From: Gekko japonicus
Lineage: Eukaryota
Direction: 5' to 3'
NCBI RefSeq assembly: GCF_001447785.1
Contig: NW_015168732.1
Coordinates: 110,178 to 174,177 of the forward strand
DNA length: 64,000 nt
Below the pieces are notes generated by a model that saw nothing but the letters and a program-made list of their open reading frames with translations, ran no database searches and was not told the DNA's origin. This document shows positions 61,872 to 64,000 of this stretch, piece after piece. Both the position numbers and the translations under genes were made by a program. How positions within the stretch are numbered: position 1 is the stretch's first letter; each line of letters opens with the position of its first letter.

Positions 61872-62008
61872 ATTATTACATGATAATGGTGTTTTATGTA
61901 AAAATCACCATACCATCCTATCTATGCTTAAATTCATTTATTGGCTATTACATGATATTGGTGTTTTATCACCATACTATCCTATCTATGCTTAAATTCA
62001 TTTATTGG
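61872..62008. repeat. ~70-bp tandem duplication
   Basis: tattacatgata.tggtgttttat..caccatac.atcctatctatgcttaaattcatttattgg x2. Confidence 0.85.
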
Positions 62009-62697
62009 AGTAAAGACATGAAATAAATAAATAATCAGTAACTTGATGCCTATATGATATTGTATCTTCTTACCACTGAAAAATTGCTAGGTTAAAGTAC
62101 CTACTGCCTACTGCTGTTCTGCAAAACTCTATAATATAGAACACTGAGCTCCTCAGATTTTAATCTGGGTCAAAATTGGGGCTCTCTCTTGGGTTTGTTG
62201 TCACAGAGCAGAAGTCAACAAAGACTGAGGAGACATTCACATAAACATTGTTTTTCAGCTCTGCAAATCTGCAAGATTCAGTAGCTGAAAAGAATTTGCT
62301 TGTGCAAAGTATGGTGACCATGAACACCATTATACATTGGACTCATGTATACAGTGTATTTCCTTGCAGGGAAGATGTCTTCACTTGATTGCACCAACAG
62401 AAAAGACGTACAATACTTATACAAAAGTGCCCAGAATGTCGGAAATCTACTTTCTAACACAGCTAATAAAATATACATATCAAAAAAGAAGAATTGTTTG
62501 TAACCCAAAATAATGAGCAGGGTTCATATCCATTTTCCCCCTGAACAACTCAGGGCCCAAGATGGGTAACAACAATATAGAATACCATAAAACTTTGTAC
62601 AATTACAGAGATTTTAAAAAATCCATTTTTATGAAGATTTGTGGCTATTTAAATCAGAATACTGCAGATTCTCTCCAGGTGTTTTCTTCTCTTGCAG

Positions 62698-62841
62698 GTA
62701 TTTCCATTGTCCAGCAGACAGTCCTGAGTTAGCATATGACCCACCTGCAGTAATGAATGCAGACACCTTGATCTACTGTCAAAGAGAGGCCTGGTGCAAA
62801 TTAGCTTTCTATCTCCTCTCATTCTTCTATTATCTTTACTG
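62698..62841 (+). CDS. CNIH3: Cornichon homolog 3 internal coding exon (exon 5 equivalent): (R)[47 protein letters not shown](C)
   Basis: tttcttctcttgcag acceptor; tg|gtaagc donor at 62842; 144 bp. Phase-compatible with the previous exon (AG+G = Arg). YFHCPAD..ELAYDPP is CNIH3-like rather than CNIH2-like. Terminal exon not found in the window. Confidence 0.97.
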
Positions 62842-63122
62842 GTAAGCTTTGACTCATGTTTCCCCCTGAAAATTCTTTACCAGAGCACATTTTCAGTCCT
62901 CATGAAAGTGGATTTTTCTTACTTGTTCAGTACTACCATATATTATTATTATTGCTGTTACTACTTATATATGTAGGCCCAAAGAGGAATAGCAGGATAA
63001 AAGTGTTTATTTCGTAGGCACATTTGCATTAAATTGCTCTGTTAAAATAAAAAGTGAACTCATTTTCTAGAGTCAAATATTGGAGGAGTATACATTGGGA
63101 CTGATGATGGACAGAACACTGG

Positions 63123-63650
63123 TAGGGGTGTGCAAAAAAAGAAGAAATATTTTTTTGGGTTTAGGTATATTGAACCTGAAAAATATTGGCATTTCCTGAT
63201 ATGCTTGAATCCCAACATTGGTATGGTATTGGGATTCAGAAAAGGTGGAGAAGGTGTTTAAACACTTTTTGGGCAAACCCACTGCTTGGGCATTCACTTG
63301 CATGGTGCGGCTTGCAAAAGGCATTTAAATGCCTTTTGCAAGTGCCGCTGCATGAATGGAGTCCCAAGTGGAGTTCACTTGTGCGGTGCAGCTTACAAAA
63401 GGCATTTAAGACATTTAAAGGAAACGTGTTCCCTTAAAATGTCTTTTGCAAGCCACACTGTGGATCAGATGGGGTGGCGTGGAGCTGAGAGCTCTGCACA
63501 GCCGCGACTGGGGCTGGCTCTTGGTATAGCTGAACACACCCAAATAAAATTCAAAATAAATTTGGTTTTTTTGGGCTCAGCCAGGCCCATAGCCGAGTAC
63601 AGATTTCTGATCTGTATTTGGCTTAAGCCATACCCAAATGCACACCCCTA
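63123..63650. mobile_element. hAT MITE
   Basis: TIR taggggtgtgca / tgcacaccccta; TSD aacactgg / aacactgc. Confidence 0.85.
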
Positions 63651-64000
63651 AACACTGCATCTCTGGCTTTATCTGCACTAGCAGTAGTTCACACATCCTG
63701 ATATTGCTAGTCCTCCATCTATGATCTCCTCATGAAAAACCGTGCCCCCAATAATAAAGTACAAACATTTGGGTGCAGACTGAATCTCACATTCAGCTGT
63801 ATTTCTGGCAGCTCCCAGGTTAAGACCAGGAGAGGCATCCCAGTCTAGGAGATAACACCAATACACACTGTCATTTTTGTCACATGTTTGTTCCTATTGC
63901 TTCAGGGTCGTCATCCCCCCCCCCAAAAAAAATGTGTTTTGCTTTCTCTAGTAGTCCCAGAGGGAGCAAAACACTTGTGGGAAAGGGGGGTGGAACCCAA

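Noticed and set aside
62639-62845. 68-aa ORF as a stand-alone gene
   Set aside because: Only 62698-62841 is exonic; the flanks are intron read-through.

Overview
Vertebrate genomic DNA from a gapped draft assembly. The repeat content (Sauria SINE, Squam2/Squam3-like SINEs, 5S-derived SINE, Bov-B, CR1, L2, L1) points to a squamate, probably a gecko (inference). The only host coding sequence I can support is two + strand exons of cornichon homolog 3 (CNIH3): 57687-57799 (113 bp) and 62698-62841 (144 bp). Everything upstream appears to be one long intron (>57 kb; I could not find the preceding exon) packed with transposable elements. These include a 5'-truncated DIRS1-type tyrosine-recombinase retrotransposon (gag, RT/RNase H, Dam-like methyltransferase, YR, ICR and right ITR), a near full-length decayed L1, a young CR1, L2 / RTE-X / Bov-B / Penelope fragments, two Gypsy-type LTRs, and several hAT and Tc/mariner MITEs with TSDs. 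The most unusual observations are: (1) a TSD-flanked, polyadenylated ORF1-only 'half-L1'; (2) a chimeric SINE-like family with a Sauria-like head, novel GC-rich body and L2-type tail, in two divergent copies; (3) an intact minimal hammerhead ribozyme in a Penelope terminal repeat; (4) a ~2 kb overlapping frame in the DIRS element broken only by TGA stops; (5) ORFs starting at the first bases of both LTRs; (6) a satellite built from a hAT MITE end; (7) an L1 with two internal deletions; (8) a CR1 with a templated insert of local DNA. Family names come from my recall of motifs and consensus sequences, not from database searches.
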